Origin: a virus
Length of the DNA: 64,000 nucleotides
Reading direction: 5' to 3' (one strand)
IMG/VR virus record: IMGVR_UViG_3300049889_000020
The notes under the pieces were generated by a model that made no database searches, was not told the origin of the DNA, and saw only the letters and a program-made list of their open reading frames with translations. The translations under genes were made by a program, and so were the position numbers. Of the stretch, positions 8,865 to 16,839 are shown piece by piece (the first letter of the stretch is position 1; every line of letters starts with the position of its first letter).

Positions 8865-8941
8865 TTGGCCGCCTGGGAGTCGAACCCAGGGCCGCCCCGC
8901 ACGGCGCCGTGCGGGCCGCTCTGCCGTTGAGCTAGCGGCCA
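8865..8941 (-). tRNA. tRNA-like gene, isotype undetermined (non-canonical anticodon arm)
   Basis: Acceptor stem TGGCCGC/GCGGCCA, D arm GCTC-AACGGCA-GAGC, T arm CTGGG-TTCGACT-CCCAG. The anticodon arm folds as 7 bp (CCCGCAC/GTGCGGG) with a 6-nt loop GGCGCC instead of 5 bp + 7 nt. No encoded CCA. Confidence 0.6.
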
Positions 8942-8949
8942 ATTCTTTC

Positions 8950-9129
8950 CTACCAGTCCCCGTCGGTGCCGACGACGTAGCTACCGTCATTCTGGCTGGA
9001 GTTGGTGGGCGGGTTGGGACAAAAGCCGGGGGTGTCGCCGCAGGCGAGCGCGGGCGCGGCAGTGAGGACGGCGCCTCCGGTGAGGGCACCGGTCACGGCG
9101 AGGACGGCAAGAGCGGGACGGAGGTTCAT
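8950..9129 (-). CDS. 59-aa putative lipoprotein / secreted peptide (below the ORF-track size cut-off)
   Basis: ATG 9129 with GGAAGGA upstream. Translation MNLRPALAVLAVTGALTGGAVLTAAPALAC|GDTPGFCPNPPTNSSQNDGSYVVGTDGDW has a lipobox-like ALAC. 180 nt in frame with a TAG stop. Confidence 0.45.
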   Translation of the reverse strand: MNLRPALAVLAVTGALTGGAVLTAAPALACGDTPGFCPNPPTNSSQNDGSYVVGTDGDW

Positions 9130-9146
9130 GGCGGGGATCCTTCCGG

Positions 9147-9386
9147 TCAGTGGCTGATACGGCTTATATCGCCGACCGCACCCCGCGTGTTACAGACCGC
9201 TTCGTTGATCGCGGCTGCGGCGATCTCACCGCAACGGTGGGCCTGCCGAGCCCGGCCATGGCAGGGGTCTTCCCTTAGGGCATTCAGGTGGGCGCGCCAG
9301 TTTTTGATCTCCCGCGCGGCGTTGTCGAGCAACGTCAGCGCGTCGGTCACGTCATCCGCATAGGTGCGAGTGCATGGTTGGGCCAT
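9147..9386 (-). CDS. hypothetical protein
   Basis: 79-aa ORF with acceptable codon bias, divergent from the sigma-factor operon. Confidence 0.45.
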   Translation of the reverse strand: MAQPCTRTYADDVTDALTLLDNAAREIKNWRAHLNALREDPCHGRARQAHRCGEIAAAAINEAVCNTRGAVGDISRISH

Positions 9387-9390
9387 GCGC

Positions 9391-9460
9391 TCACAGTAGC
9401 ACCTGTCCGGACAGCTGGACAGCTACGGAACTCACCCAGTAGACTGGCCCTCGTTCCGGT
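9391..9460 (+). promoter_or_regulatory. promoter/operator of the sigma-factor operon
   Basis: -35-like TGGACA (9416-9421), an 18-nt spacer, -10-like TAGACT (9440-9445), then TCGTTCCGGT (9451-9460). Palindrome TGTCCGGACA at 9404-9413. The box CGGACAGCTGGACAGC (9408-9423) is shared with 7730-7745. Confidence 0.5.
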
Positions 9461-9481
9461 ATCACCGAGGGAGGGATAACT

Positions 9482-9775
9482 GTGTCGACTCTGCAAACGC
9501 TTGACGAACGAGGCCCGTGCAAGGTATGCAACGCCACCGTCGTCGTCAGGATTCGCCGCGATGGCGGAATCCCCGTCACCGCTGACGGCTACACCGGTCT
9601 CACCGACGACGGCGACGACTACGTCTGCCGCGACCACTACTGTCCTGTGTGCGGCGGCTACCACACCAACGCAGCCGCGTTCGACCGCTGCGCCCACGAG
9701 GGCGTCGAAGGGGTCGACATGACCCCGCCGTGCAGCATCGAAGCTGCCTACGCGGTGCTCGGGGCGAGCGCATGA
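9482..9775 (+). CDS. small zinc-ribbon protein
   Basis: GTG 9482 with GGGAGGG upstream. Contains CKVC...CPVC. Confidence 0.55.
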   Translation: MSTLQTLDERGPCKVCNATVVVRIRRDGGIPVTADGYTGLTDDGDDYVCRDHYCPVCGGYHTNAAAFDRCAHEGVEGVDMTPPCSIEAAYAVLGASA

Positions 9776-10488
9776 GTACTGCCGTCGTCCCGCACTTCCG
9801 CTCCAGCATGCGCAAGCGACGCCCCGCTGACGAGGTTGAGCGCGGGGACTGCTGGGATCTCGTCGCATCCGCCCAAGGTGGGGACTCCGCCGCGTTCGGC
9901 ATGCTCTACGAGAGATACGTCGATGTGGTGTTCCGTTTCGTCCTCTACCGCACCGTGGACCGGCCCACCGCCGAAGACCTCACCAGCGAAACGTTCTGCC
10001 GGGCGCTGAAGCGCATCGACTCGGCGCACTACCAGGGCCGTGACGTCGGCGCGTGGTTCGTCACCATCGCCCGCAACCTCGTCCTCGATCACGTGAAGTC
10101 CAGCCGTCAGCGCCTGGAGATGCCTTCAGGCGATGCGATCGACACGGGCGAAAGTGCTTGGCCGAGCCCGGCGAACATGCGTTCAGTGGGGTTCAGCAAG
10201 CAGATGCGCCGCCAGGTCTTCGCGATCGGCCTCACGGAGGACGCCGACCCCGGCGAGGAGGCCACCAATGTGGTCTACCTCGACCACGCGCGCACCGCGC
10301 TGGATCGGGCCCGGAGTCAGCTCACCGCCGGTCAGCAGGAAGTACTGCACCTGCGGTTCGACCTGGAGCTGTCGGTCGCGCAGACGGCCGCCGCGATGGG
10401 TGAGGGCTATAACGAAGGGGCGGTGAAGGCGTTGCAGCACCGCGCGGTGCGCCGGCTGGCTGACCTGCTCCCCGAAACGATCCGGTGA
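9772..10488 (+). CDS. sigma-70 family (ECF-like) RNA polymerase sigma factor
   Basis: Region 2: YERYVDVVFRFVLYRTVDRPTAEDLTSETF, WFVTIARNLVLDH. Region 4 HTH: LSVAQTAAAMGEGYNEGAVKALQHRAVRRL. ATG 9772 overlaps the upstream stop. Confidence 0.8.
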   Translation: MSTAVVPHFRSSMRKRRPADEVERGDCWDLVASAQGGDSAAFGMLYERYVDVVFRFVLYRTVDRPTAEDLTSETFCRALKRIDSAHYQGRDVGAWFVTIARNLVLDHVKSSRQRLEMPSGDAIDTGESAWPSPANMRSVGFSKQMRRQVFAIGLTEDADPGEEATNVVYLDHARTALDRARSQLTAGQQEVLHLRFDLELSVAQTAAAMGEGYNEGAVKALQHRAVRRLADLLPETIR

Positions 10489-10817
10489 ACACCGGACCCG
10501 ATAAGAGAAATGGTGGTGGTCGCATGTCGACTATGCGAGATGTGCACGTGGGGCACGTCCGGACCGCTCGCAGCATGGCGGTGAGGGGCAACGCCAACCG
10601 CATCGACAACATCGACGAGCTGGAGGAGGCCGCACTGGCCCTGCCGGAGCACGCCAAGACGTTGCAGTGGGCCGCCGAACGCCTGCGCTTGGCCAACAGG
10701 GTGATGACCGAGATCGCCGACAAGCTGGGCGAGGTGGTCGAGTTCGAGCACATGGCCCGGCGGACTGACGCGGTTGTGGCAGCGCGGGAAGCCGCAGAGA
10801 CGGGGGTGCGGGCGTGA
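10485..10817 (+). CDS. hypothetical helical protein (alternative start ATG 10524)
   Basis: GTG 10485 overlaps the sigma-factor stop. Strong codon bias from 10524 onward. Confidence 0.5.
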   Translation: MNTGPDKRNGGGRMSTMRDVHVGHVRTARSMAVRGNANRIDNIDELEEAALALPEHAKTLQWAAERLRLANRVMTEIADKLGEVVEFEHMARRTDAVVAAREAAETGVRA

Positions 10818-11119
10818 CACTGGATGACGTGATGCAGTCGGACTTCGCTGTCCGGGAGCGGACTGAGGCGAGCATTCGGGGTTTGCACAGCGTGCACACC
10901 GAGGTGGCTTACGAGATCGCCGAGCAGGTGGCGCACGATCACGCGGAGCGCCTGGAGCGGTGCGCGGCGGACCTGCCTGGGCAGGCTGTTGCACTGAGCA
11001 GCGTGATCGAGGCCCTGCGGGCGTCGCAGCGCAACCTGCGCTGGGCGGAGGAGACGCTGGGACGCCTGGTTAGTGATTTGCGCACCGACGCGCGGGCGCA
11101 GGAGCCGGATTCGGTGTGA
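10814..11119 (+). CDS. hypothetical helical protein
   Basis: GTGA overlap with the upstream gene; good codon bias. Confidence 0.5.
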   Translation: MTLDDVMQSDFAVRERTEASIRGLHSVHTEVAYEIAEQVAHDHAERLERCAADLPGQAVALSSVIEALRASQRNLRWAEETLGRLVSDLRTDARAQEPDSV

Positions 11120-11168
11120 GGTCCGTGTTTCACTGACCCAATGCTCCATGTAAATTGCATATGCATGA

Positions 11169-11195
11169 GCCCCCGGTTAATTCCGGGGGTTTTTG
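11169..11195 (+). terminator. intrinsic terminator
   Basis: Stem CCCCCGG/CCGGGGG (11170-11176 / 11183-11189), loop TTAATT, then TTTTT. Confidence 0.75.
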
Positions 11196-11252
11196 CATGT
11201 CAAGGGGGGCTGTAACTGTGAGCGACCTAAAGATCACGAGAGGTGCACGGCC

Positions 11253-11441
11253 ATGGCACGACACCGAGCCCGGAATCTGCTCGGTTGCGGAGTTCTACGG
11301 TTGACCAATCACCGTGGAGTCAGCATCCATTTGCCCCTGAAGCCCGAGCTACTAAGGATGGTCACGGCACTGAATACGGCACCAACCCCCAGGGAGCTAC
11401 TGCGCCGCCCACGTCGCAACATCGTGGTCCTGGCCCGGTGA
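11253..11441 (+). CDS. small protein, possibly ribbon-helix-helix-like
   Basis: ATG 11253 with GAGAGG upstream. The segment GVSIHLPLKPELLRMVTAL looks like a strand-helix unit. Only moderate codon bias. Confidence 0.3.
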   Translation: MARHRARNLLGCGVLRLTNHRGVSIHLPLKPELLRMVTALNTAPTPRELLRRPRRNIVVLAR

Positions 11442-11641
11442 CCGAACCGACGCCCCCGACCCCGCGCGACCCGGAGATCATCCGGGATGTCTCCGCCGTG
11501 GGGCTGGGGGTAATCGGGGCCACCCTGATCGGAGTGTCCCTGTGGGGACTGTGGGGATGGGCGATCGCCGGACTGTGGTTCGGTGCCGTTCTGATCGCCC
11601 TAGCGGGACTGATCGGATTCGCGGCGGACAAACCCGTATAA
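11438..11641 (+). CDS. small membrane protein
   Basis: GTG 11438 overlaps the upstream stop. Two hydrophobic helices (VGLGVIGATLIGVSLWGLWGWAIAGLWFGAVLIALAGLIGF). Confidence 0.45.
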   Translation: MTEPTPPTPRDPEIIRDVSAVGLGVIGATLIGVSLWGLWGWAIAGLWFGAVLIALAGLIGFAADKPV

Positions 11642-11774
11642 TCGACGCTGGCGACCACCACCCGCCAGCATCACCCCTCCTATCGACGCGCCGGGCTCCC
11701 ACTCCCCGGCGCGTCGATGCGTTCCGGGCCTTCCGGCGTGGCTACATTGACCCGTCCGATCTTCGGAGGTGGTT

Positions 11775-13448
11775 GTGGCCCGTCGCTTCCTGCCGGCCCT
11801 GCGCGCGCGTTTCGCTGGGGCAGGCAGTCAAGGTGGCGGCCTGGACTCCCGAGTGGTCACCGGCCCGCGCGGCTACATCGTTCCCGGCCAGCCCTACGCC
11901 GTCGACTGGGACACCGACCGGGCGGTGCGCGAAGGCTACAGCTGGAACCCGTACGTCTTTCGCTGCGTGGAGTTCATCGCCGCCAATGAGCGCGCCAGAC
12001 AGATCGTGCTGCGCCGTGACAACCCCAACGACGGGGAGGTCATCGACCCCGGCCAGCAGGACCGGGAGCAGAAGCGGATCCTGCGCCGCCTGAACCGCCG
12101 CGCCAATGAGTGGGAGATCGCCCAGGTTTGGCGTCACCGCCTGGCCGCCCAGTTCATGCTGTCCTCACGCGGAGTGTTCGTCGAAGCGGTCCGCACGCGC
12201 GGCGGGGGCATCCATTCCCTGTACCTGCTTGACCCCGATTCGGTTCTCCCCGTACCGGGGCGGCGGAAAAAGAACCCGCAAGATCCGAATGAGATCGGTG
12301 TCGTCACCCCCATCGAGTCATTCCGGGTGACCACTGCCGTAGCCAACGGTTCCCCCCGGTGGGATTGGCGGCCACCGTTTGACCCCAACGCCACCCCGGA
12401 GGACCAGCCCAGCGGCATCGTGTGGCTGCGCTCCCCGCACCCCACGATGTTCGAGCGCGGCATGTCCCCCATGGAAGCGGCCGGCCTGTCCGCTGACCTG
12501 GATCGCTACGCGCGGCTCTACAACAGAAGGTTCATGCTCGAAGATGGCCGGCCGGGCGGCATCCTGGCCGTGAAGGGCCCGCTGGACCCGAACTATGAGG
12601 ACGTGCTGGCGGCGCGGTTCAACGGTGGCCCCAACGTTTCCAACGCCCGCACCACCGTCATCGAAGCCGACGACATGGCGTGGACGGACACGTCCGGGAC
12701 ACCACGGGACACCCAGTGGGCCGACACGATGGACCGCACCAAACGCGAGATCTGTGTCGCGTTCGGACTGCCTGAGTCCGTGGTCTCCGATGCGTCGGGG
12801 CAAACATTCGATAATGCTGATGCTGATTACGCTAAAGCGTGGGAACATTGCATGTTGCCGTTGTTCCGGTTATTGGACGCGCAATTGGATGTCCTGTCAC
12901 CGGGCGGCTATGACGATGAGACTTACCTCTCCCATGATGTTTCCGATGTGTGGGTGCTGGGCCGGCACCAGCGCGCCGATGAGGACCGCGCGGCGGCCGA
13001 CCTCGACCGGGGCGCGATCACCATCGACGAGTACCGCGAAGTGTGCGACCGCGATCCCCTGGACGTCCCTGGCTCGCGCGTGCTGTGGATCCCCTCAGCG
13101 CGACTGGCCATCGACGACGGCAAACCTGAGCACGACGGGGACGCTCACGCCGCCGGCAACGCCCCCATCGGCAACGGGCAGCTGGGTATGGCACCGGCTG
13201 GGGGCGCGGGCGGTGCCGGGGTGCCCAACGCGCTGCCGGCGGGGTTCGGTGTTGATCCGAGCGCGGACCTGGAAGGCCCTGGGCAGGGCGGGGGGGCGCC
13301 GGACGCTGCGGTGATGGCGGGGCCACCGAACCAGCGGGCCATCGGGCAGGCCGACCGCACCGCGCCGGGCAGCGCGGTCGACGCCGCGCCAGTTCAGGTC
13401 AAGAGCCTGGAGGATGAGCAGAGCGGGGGGCGACCCGCTCGCCGCTGA
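11775..13448 (+). CDS. phage portal protein
   Basis: About 557 aa and the first large gene of the structural block, immediately upstream of the MuF-like gene. GGAGG 5 nt before GTG 11775 (the track starts at GTG 11769). Confidence 0.65.
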   Translation: MARRFLPALRARFAGAGSQGGGLDSRVVTGPRGYIVPGQPYAVDWDTDRAVREGYSWNPYVFRCVEFIAANERARQIVLRRDNPNDGEVIDPGQQDREQKRILRRLNRRANEWEIAQVWRHRLAAQFMLSSRGVFVEAVRTRGGGIHSLYLLDPDSVLPVPGRRKKNPQDPNEIGVVTPIESFRVTTAVANGSPRWDWRPPFDPNATPEDQPSGIVWLRSPHPTMFERGMSPMEAAGLSADLDRYARLYNRRFMLEDGRPGGILAVKGPLDPNYEDVLAARFNGGPNVSNARTTVIEADDMAWTDTSGTPRDTQWADTMDRTKREICVAFGLPESVVSDASGQTFDNADADYAKAWEHCMLPLFRLLDAQLDVLSPGGYDDETYLSHDVSDVWVLGRHQRADEDRAAADLDRGAITIDEYREVCDRDPLDVPGSRVLWIPSARLAIDDGKPEHDGDAHAAGNAPIGNGQLGMAPAGGAGGAGVPNALPAGFGVDPSADLEGPGQGGGAPDAAVMAGPPNQRAIGQADRTAPGSAVDAAPVQVKSLEDEQSGGRPARR

Positions 13449-14754
13449 CGCCCTCCCGGCGTTGGCCGCGCAGGCCGCGATGGTCTCCGAAGCTCCCCCC
13501 GATCCGGAGCCCGGACCGATCCGTTCCGCTCTGGCCGATCACGGTGCGGCCCGCATCGACCGGGCGGTGGCGTTAATGGACGCCGCGATCGGCGGTTACA
13601 ACGATCGCCTCGAAGCGGTTGTCGAGGCCCGCATGCGTGGCCCGAAAGCCCGCAAGGGCACCCGCTTCTGGTCCGATGGGGTGAAATCGGTATCAGGGCG
13701 AGGGGAAGTGGCCTCTTACGGACATAGAACCGAAGTCAAGGCCCTCGACGCGTCCTACGTGCTACCCGAGCGGGTGGTCACTGAGGTCGCCGACGCCGTA
13801 CGTCCGGTGGGGTTGCGGATCGTGGCGGACGCTTCCGCAGCTGTCGCGAAGTCCCTGGGGCGTCCGAACACGGGGCTCGCGGCACTGGACTGGTCAGCGA
13901 TCTCCAGCGCGGTCGACTCGGTAGTGGGGCGGATGCTGGAAGTCAACGAACGCCACGCCGTCGACATCCGCCGGGAGATCCTGAACGCCGACTCCACGGC
14001 GGGGAACCTGTCTGAGGCGATCGACCGGGTCATGGAGGCCACCAAACGCGGCGGCCGATGGCTACTGATCAACGGGCGCACGCTGGCCACAGCGCTGGCT
14101 GGGGATGCAGCGCTGGGGGCGGCGAAAGCCCTGGGCGTCACCCACACTCAGTGGCTGTCGAGGCGTGATGACCGGGTGCGCCACACCCACGTCGAAGCCG
14201 ACGGGCAGATCCGGCCCGTGGGGGAGAAGTTCGCTGTCGGTGAGTTCGGGTTGCGCTTCCCCGCTGACCCGCTGGTGCTGCCGGCCGGGGGCCGCGAAGT
14301 GTTCGGGTGCCGCTGTTCGCTGCTTTTCTCGAGACCGGCCCCCGATAAGGCCCGCGCGGTGGGCCTGGCGCAGCGCGGGACACCGAAGGCGGCGACCCGG
14401 TTACTGCGGGCGGGGATCCCCCGCACCCATGGTCCGCTGGTGGTCAGTGCACCGGAGCTGGGGGAGCCGATGGCGATACCGGAGCTGGCGGTCCCGGCTG
14501 ACGTGGTGGGCTACCGGGTGCTCGGTGGCGAGGTGGCGGTGACACCGGGACAGCAGTTGTCTTGGCCGGGTGCGCTGGCGCTGGCGCTGGCCCCGCCTGT
14601 GGTCGCGGGGGCGGCGGTGCTGGCGGTGACGGTGCCGGCGGGCACGCTGGTAGGCGTCTCGGGTGGGGCGCTGGTGCTCGCGGCGGGCGTGGTGCTGGCG
14701 GTGGCGGCCGTGTCGGCGACTCAGATCGTGGCTACGCCGGTCGCTGCGGCTTAG
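13414..14754 (+). CDS. phage head morphogenesis protein, SPP1 gp7 / Mu F-like minor capsid protein
   Basis: Signature QWLSRRDDRVRHTHVEADGQIRPVGEKF...FGCRCS. Hydrophobic Ala/Val-rich C-terminus. Confidence 0.7.
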   Translation: MSRAGGDPLAADALPALAAQAAMVSEAPPDPEPGPIRSALADHGAARIDRAVALMDAAIGGYNDRLEAVVEARMRGPKARKGTRFWSDGVKSVSGRGEVASYGHRTEVKALDASYVLPERVVTEVADAVRPVGLRIVADASAAVAKSLGRPNTGLAALDWSAISSAVDSVVGRMLEVNERHAVDIRREILNADSTAGNLSEAIDRVMEATKRGGRWLLINGRTLATALAGDAALGAAKALGVTHTQWLSRRDDRVRHTHVEADGQIRPVGEKFAVGEFGLRFPADPLVLPAGGREVFGCRCSLLFSRPAPDKARAVGLAQRGTPKAATRLLRAGIPRTHGPLVVSAPELGEPMAIPELAVPADVVGYRVLGGEVAVTPGQQLSWPGALALALAPPVVAGAAVLAVTVPAGTLVGVSGGALVLAAGVVLAVAAVSATQIVATPVAAA

Positions 14755-14763
14755 GGTGCGCCC

Positions 14764-14931
14764 ATGATCGGACTAATTATCGGCCTGCTGATCCTGTGGG
14801 TCATTCTGGGCATCATCGGCGCGGCGGTGCACGTCGTGGGGTGGCTGCTCTACGTGGCCATCGTGTTGTTCGTCGTCACGGCGATCTGGGGCGCGGTCAC
14901 CCACTCCCGCAGCGGCAGCGGCCGGACCTGA
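14764..14931 (+). CDS. 55-aa membrane protein (below the ORF-track cut-off)
   Basis: MIGLIIGLLILWVILGIIGAAVHVVGWLLYVAIVLFVVTAIWGAVTHSRSGSGRT; good codon bias; followed by a strong hairpin. Confidence 0.5.
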   Translation: MIGLIIGLLILWVILGIIGAAVHVVGWLLYVAIVLFVVTAIWGAVTHSRSGSGRT

Positions 14932-14937
14932 GACGCC

Positions 14938-14976
14938 GCGAAACCCGGCCCGCTTGCTACACGGGCCGGGTTTCGC
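14938..14976. terminator. bidirectional terminator hairpin
   Basis: 15-bp stem GCGAAACCCGGCCCG/CGGGCCGGGTTTCGC with a 9-nt loop, between convergent genes. Confidence 0.7.
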
Positions 14977-15016
14977 ATGGCCGTAGACCGGGGTCCAGAG
15001 TCTGGCCCGATCGACT

Positions 15017-15274
15017 TTACGCCAGGGCGGCGATGGTGGCGCAGATGAACAGGACCATCACGGCGAGGCATACGTAGCCGATGACGAGTCCGGCGGTGGC
15101 GAGGCCCTTGCCCTTCTCTCCGGTGAGCTTGATCTGGTTGTGGGCGATGTGGCCGAGGACGAGCCCCACCGGCCAGCAGAAGAACGCGAAGACCAGCGAC
15201 AGGATCGCCAGGGTGTTGGTGCGCGGGCTGGGGGTGGTGGGTTCGGCGGCTGGGGTGGTGACTGCTGTGGTCAT
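15017..15274 (-). CDS. small membrane protein (DUF4190-like)
   Basis: Thr/Pro-rich N-terminus followed by two hydrophobic helices (LAILSLVFAFFCWPVGLVLG, GLVIGYVCLAVMVLFICATIAALA). Confidence 0.55.
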   Translation of the reverse strand: MTTAVTTPAAEPTTPSPRTNTLAILSLVFAFFCWPVGLVLGHIAHNQIKLTGEKGKGLATAGLVIGYVCLAVMVLFICATIAALA

Positions 15275-15329
15275 GCGGTGCTCGCTTTCGGTTGGGTCGG
15301 AACGCTTACGGCCGGTACATCGCAGAGTT

Positions 15330-15389
15330 GCGGGGCTGCGTTACAGTTGCGGCAATAGCGCAGCCCCGCTACACTCGAAAGTGTTCCGA
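15330..15389 (+). promoter_or_regulatory. inverted repeat GCGGGGCTGCG/CGCAGCCCCGC followed by -10-like TACACT and a degenerate GTGTTCCGA box
   Basis: 11-bp arms at 15330-15340 and 15359-15369. TACACT at 15370-15375. GTGTTCCGA at 15381-15389, lying 25 nt before ATG 15415. Confidence 0.45.
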
Positions 15390-15414
15390 CCGCACCCGAC
15401 AACTGGAGACCTCA

Positions 15415-16407
15415 ATGACCGCAGCACTCGCGACCGCTCCCGCCATCGACGGCCGCATTGACGCCATGGCCACCCTGGGCACCGACGTCCGCCACTCCGG
15501 CTCCGCCCACCAGGCCCTCATCGACGCCGGGATCGCCGGCATGTACGTCCGCAAGGTCCCGGTCCTCTCCGCCAACACGGGCACCCTCGTCGAAGGCCAG
15601 TACTGCCTGGAAAACGCGCTCGGTGAGCCCCTGCACAACATCACCGTCGGGGACGACTTCCAGGTCGTGCAGTTCGAGGACAACGCTGACGCCCTCGACG
15701 CCGTCGCCCGCCAGACCGGGGCCACCATCGCCAACGCCGGCAAGATCGACGTTCGGCACTACGGCATCGGCGGGGCGCGCGCGTTCGTCTCCCTGGAGCT
15801 GCCCGAGCCCATCGTCATCGGCGACGACCGCATGATCGGCTACATCACCGCGTTCATGTCCCACGGGCAGTCCTCGAACCACTTCATTCCCGGTGCGAGG
15901 CGCGCATGGTGCGCCAACCAGCAGTCCCAGATGGTCCGCGAAGGCCGCGACCTGAAGGTCACCATCCGGCACACCTCCTCAGCGCTGGAGCGCACCGCGC
16001 TGGCCGGTGACACCCTGCTGGCCACCGTCGCCGGCATGCGCGACCTGGAAACCGAAGGCCGCGAAATGCTCGCCACGCCCGTCACCGATGACGAGTTCGG
16101 CACGATTATCGACATCATGTACCCGCTCGGTGGGGAGTCCAAGGCCGCACAGACCCGCTACGACAAGCGCGTCGAAGCCCTCCAGGAGCTTTACACCGGT
16201 CCCACCAACGCCAACATCACCGGCACCGCGTGGGGCGCCTACCAGGCCATCAATGAGTACGGCCAGTGGGTGCAGGGCATCCGCAGTGGCGGTGACGACA
16301 ACCTCGACCGGGCCCGCGCCCGCCGGGCACTGACGTCCTCGACGCTGGCCGCCACCCAAGTCAAGGCCTACACCGTGATCCGGGAGATGTACGGACTGGC
16401 CGCCTGA
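15415..16407 (+). CDS. DUF932-like phage/plasmid protein
   Basis: ATG 15415 with GGAGA upstream. The pattern AL.DAG...V.K.P, GG.R.F..LEL, SHG.S, R..C.N, IRHT.S, TAWGAYQAINEY matches my recollection of the DUF932/TIGR03299 family. Confidence 0.55.
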   Translation: MTAALATAPAIDGRIDAMATLGTDVRHSGSAHQALIDAGIAGMYVRKVPVLSANTGTLVEGQYCLENALGEPLHNITVGDDFQVVQFEDNADALDAVARQTGATIANAGKIDVRHYGIGGARAFVSLELPEPIVIGDDRMIGYITAFMSHGQSSNHFIPGARRAWCANQQSQMVREGRDLKVTIRHTSSALERTALAGDTLLATVAGMRDLETEGREMLATPVTDDEFGTIIDIMYPLGGESKAAQTRYDKRVEALQELYTGPTNANITGTAWGAYQAINEYGQWVQGIRSGGDDNLDRARARRALTSSTLAATQVKAYTVIREMYGLAA

Positions 16408-16616
16408 TGCGCTACAAGACGCTCTCAGAGCTGCAAGCCGCTTACGCGTCAGGCGACGATTTGAGCCCAGTGATCCTCGACAATGACACGGTTGACGCCT
16501 ACTCCAACACTGAGGTCAATGATCACGGCGAAGACCTCCAGATCTACCACTCCGACCCGTGGGCGATCCTCCGTGAGGCCCTGACCTTATTGAACATCCC
16601 CTGGGACGGGGCCTAA
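16407..16616 (+). CDS. hypothetical acidic protein
   Basis: ATG overlaps the upstream stop; 69 aa. Confidence 0.5.
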   Translation: MRYKTLSELQAAYASGDDLSPVILDNDTVDAYSNTEVNDHGEDLQIYHSDPWAILREALTLLNIPWDGA

Positions 16617-16712
16617 CCCACAGACTCCCAGGGACCTCCAGAAGCGGGCATCGGGGAAGGATCGCTCACGACTGGCGCAGGCCCAATCGCCGGGTGGGAG
16701 CCGGTGCAGTAA

Positions 16713-16758
16713 GGAACGGTTCCGCTCTCCCTCGTCGGAACAAGAGCGGAACCGTTCC
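16713..16758. repeat. perfect 16-bp inverted repeat GGAACGGTTCCGCTCT / AGAGCGGAACCGTTCC (14-nt spacer)
   Basis: Read directly from the sequence. The right arm contains a CGTTCCGG box (16753-16760). Could be a terminator or an operator. Confidence 0.6.
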
Positions 16759-16839
16759 GGGACGGTCCCCCTGCCTAGTGGCACTGGGCGGGGTGGCCGT
16801 CCCCTCGCCCGTTCCGGCACCCCGCAGACAGGAGACCCC

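Noticed and set aside
8865-8905. Second copy of the tRNA 3' half that would mark attL/attR of an integrated element
   Set aside because: I found no other occurrence of GGGAGTCGAACCCAGG or its complement in the window, so element boundaries cannot be set from this sequence.
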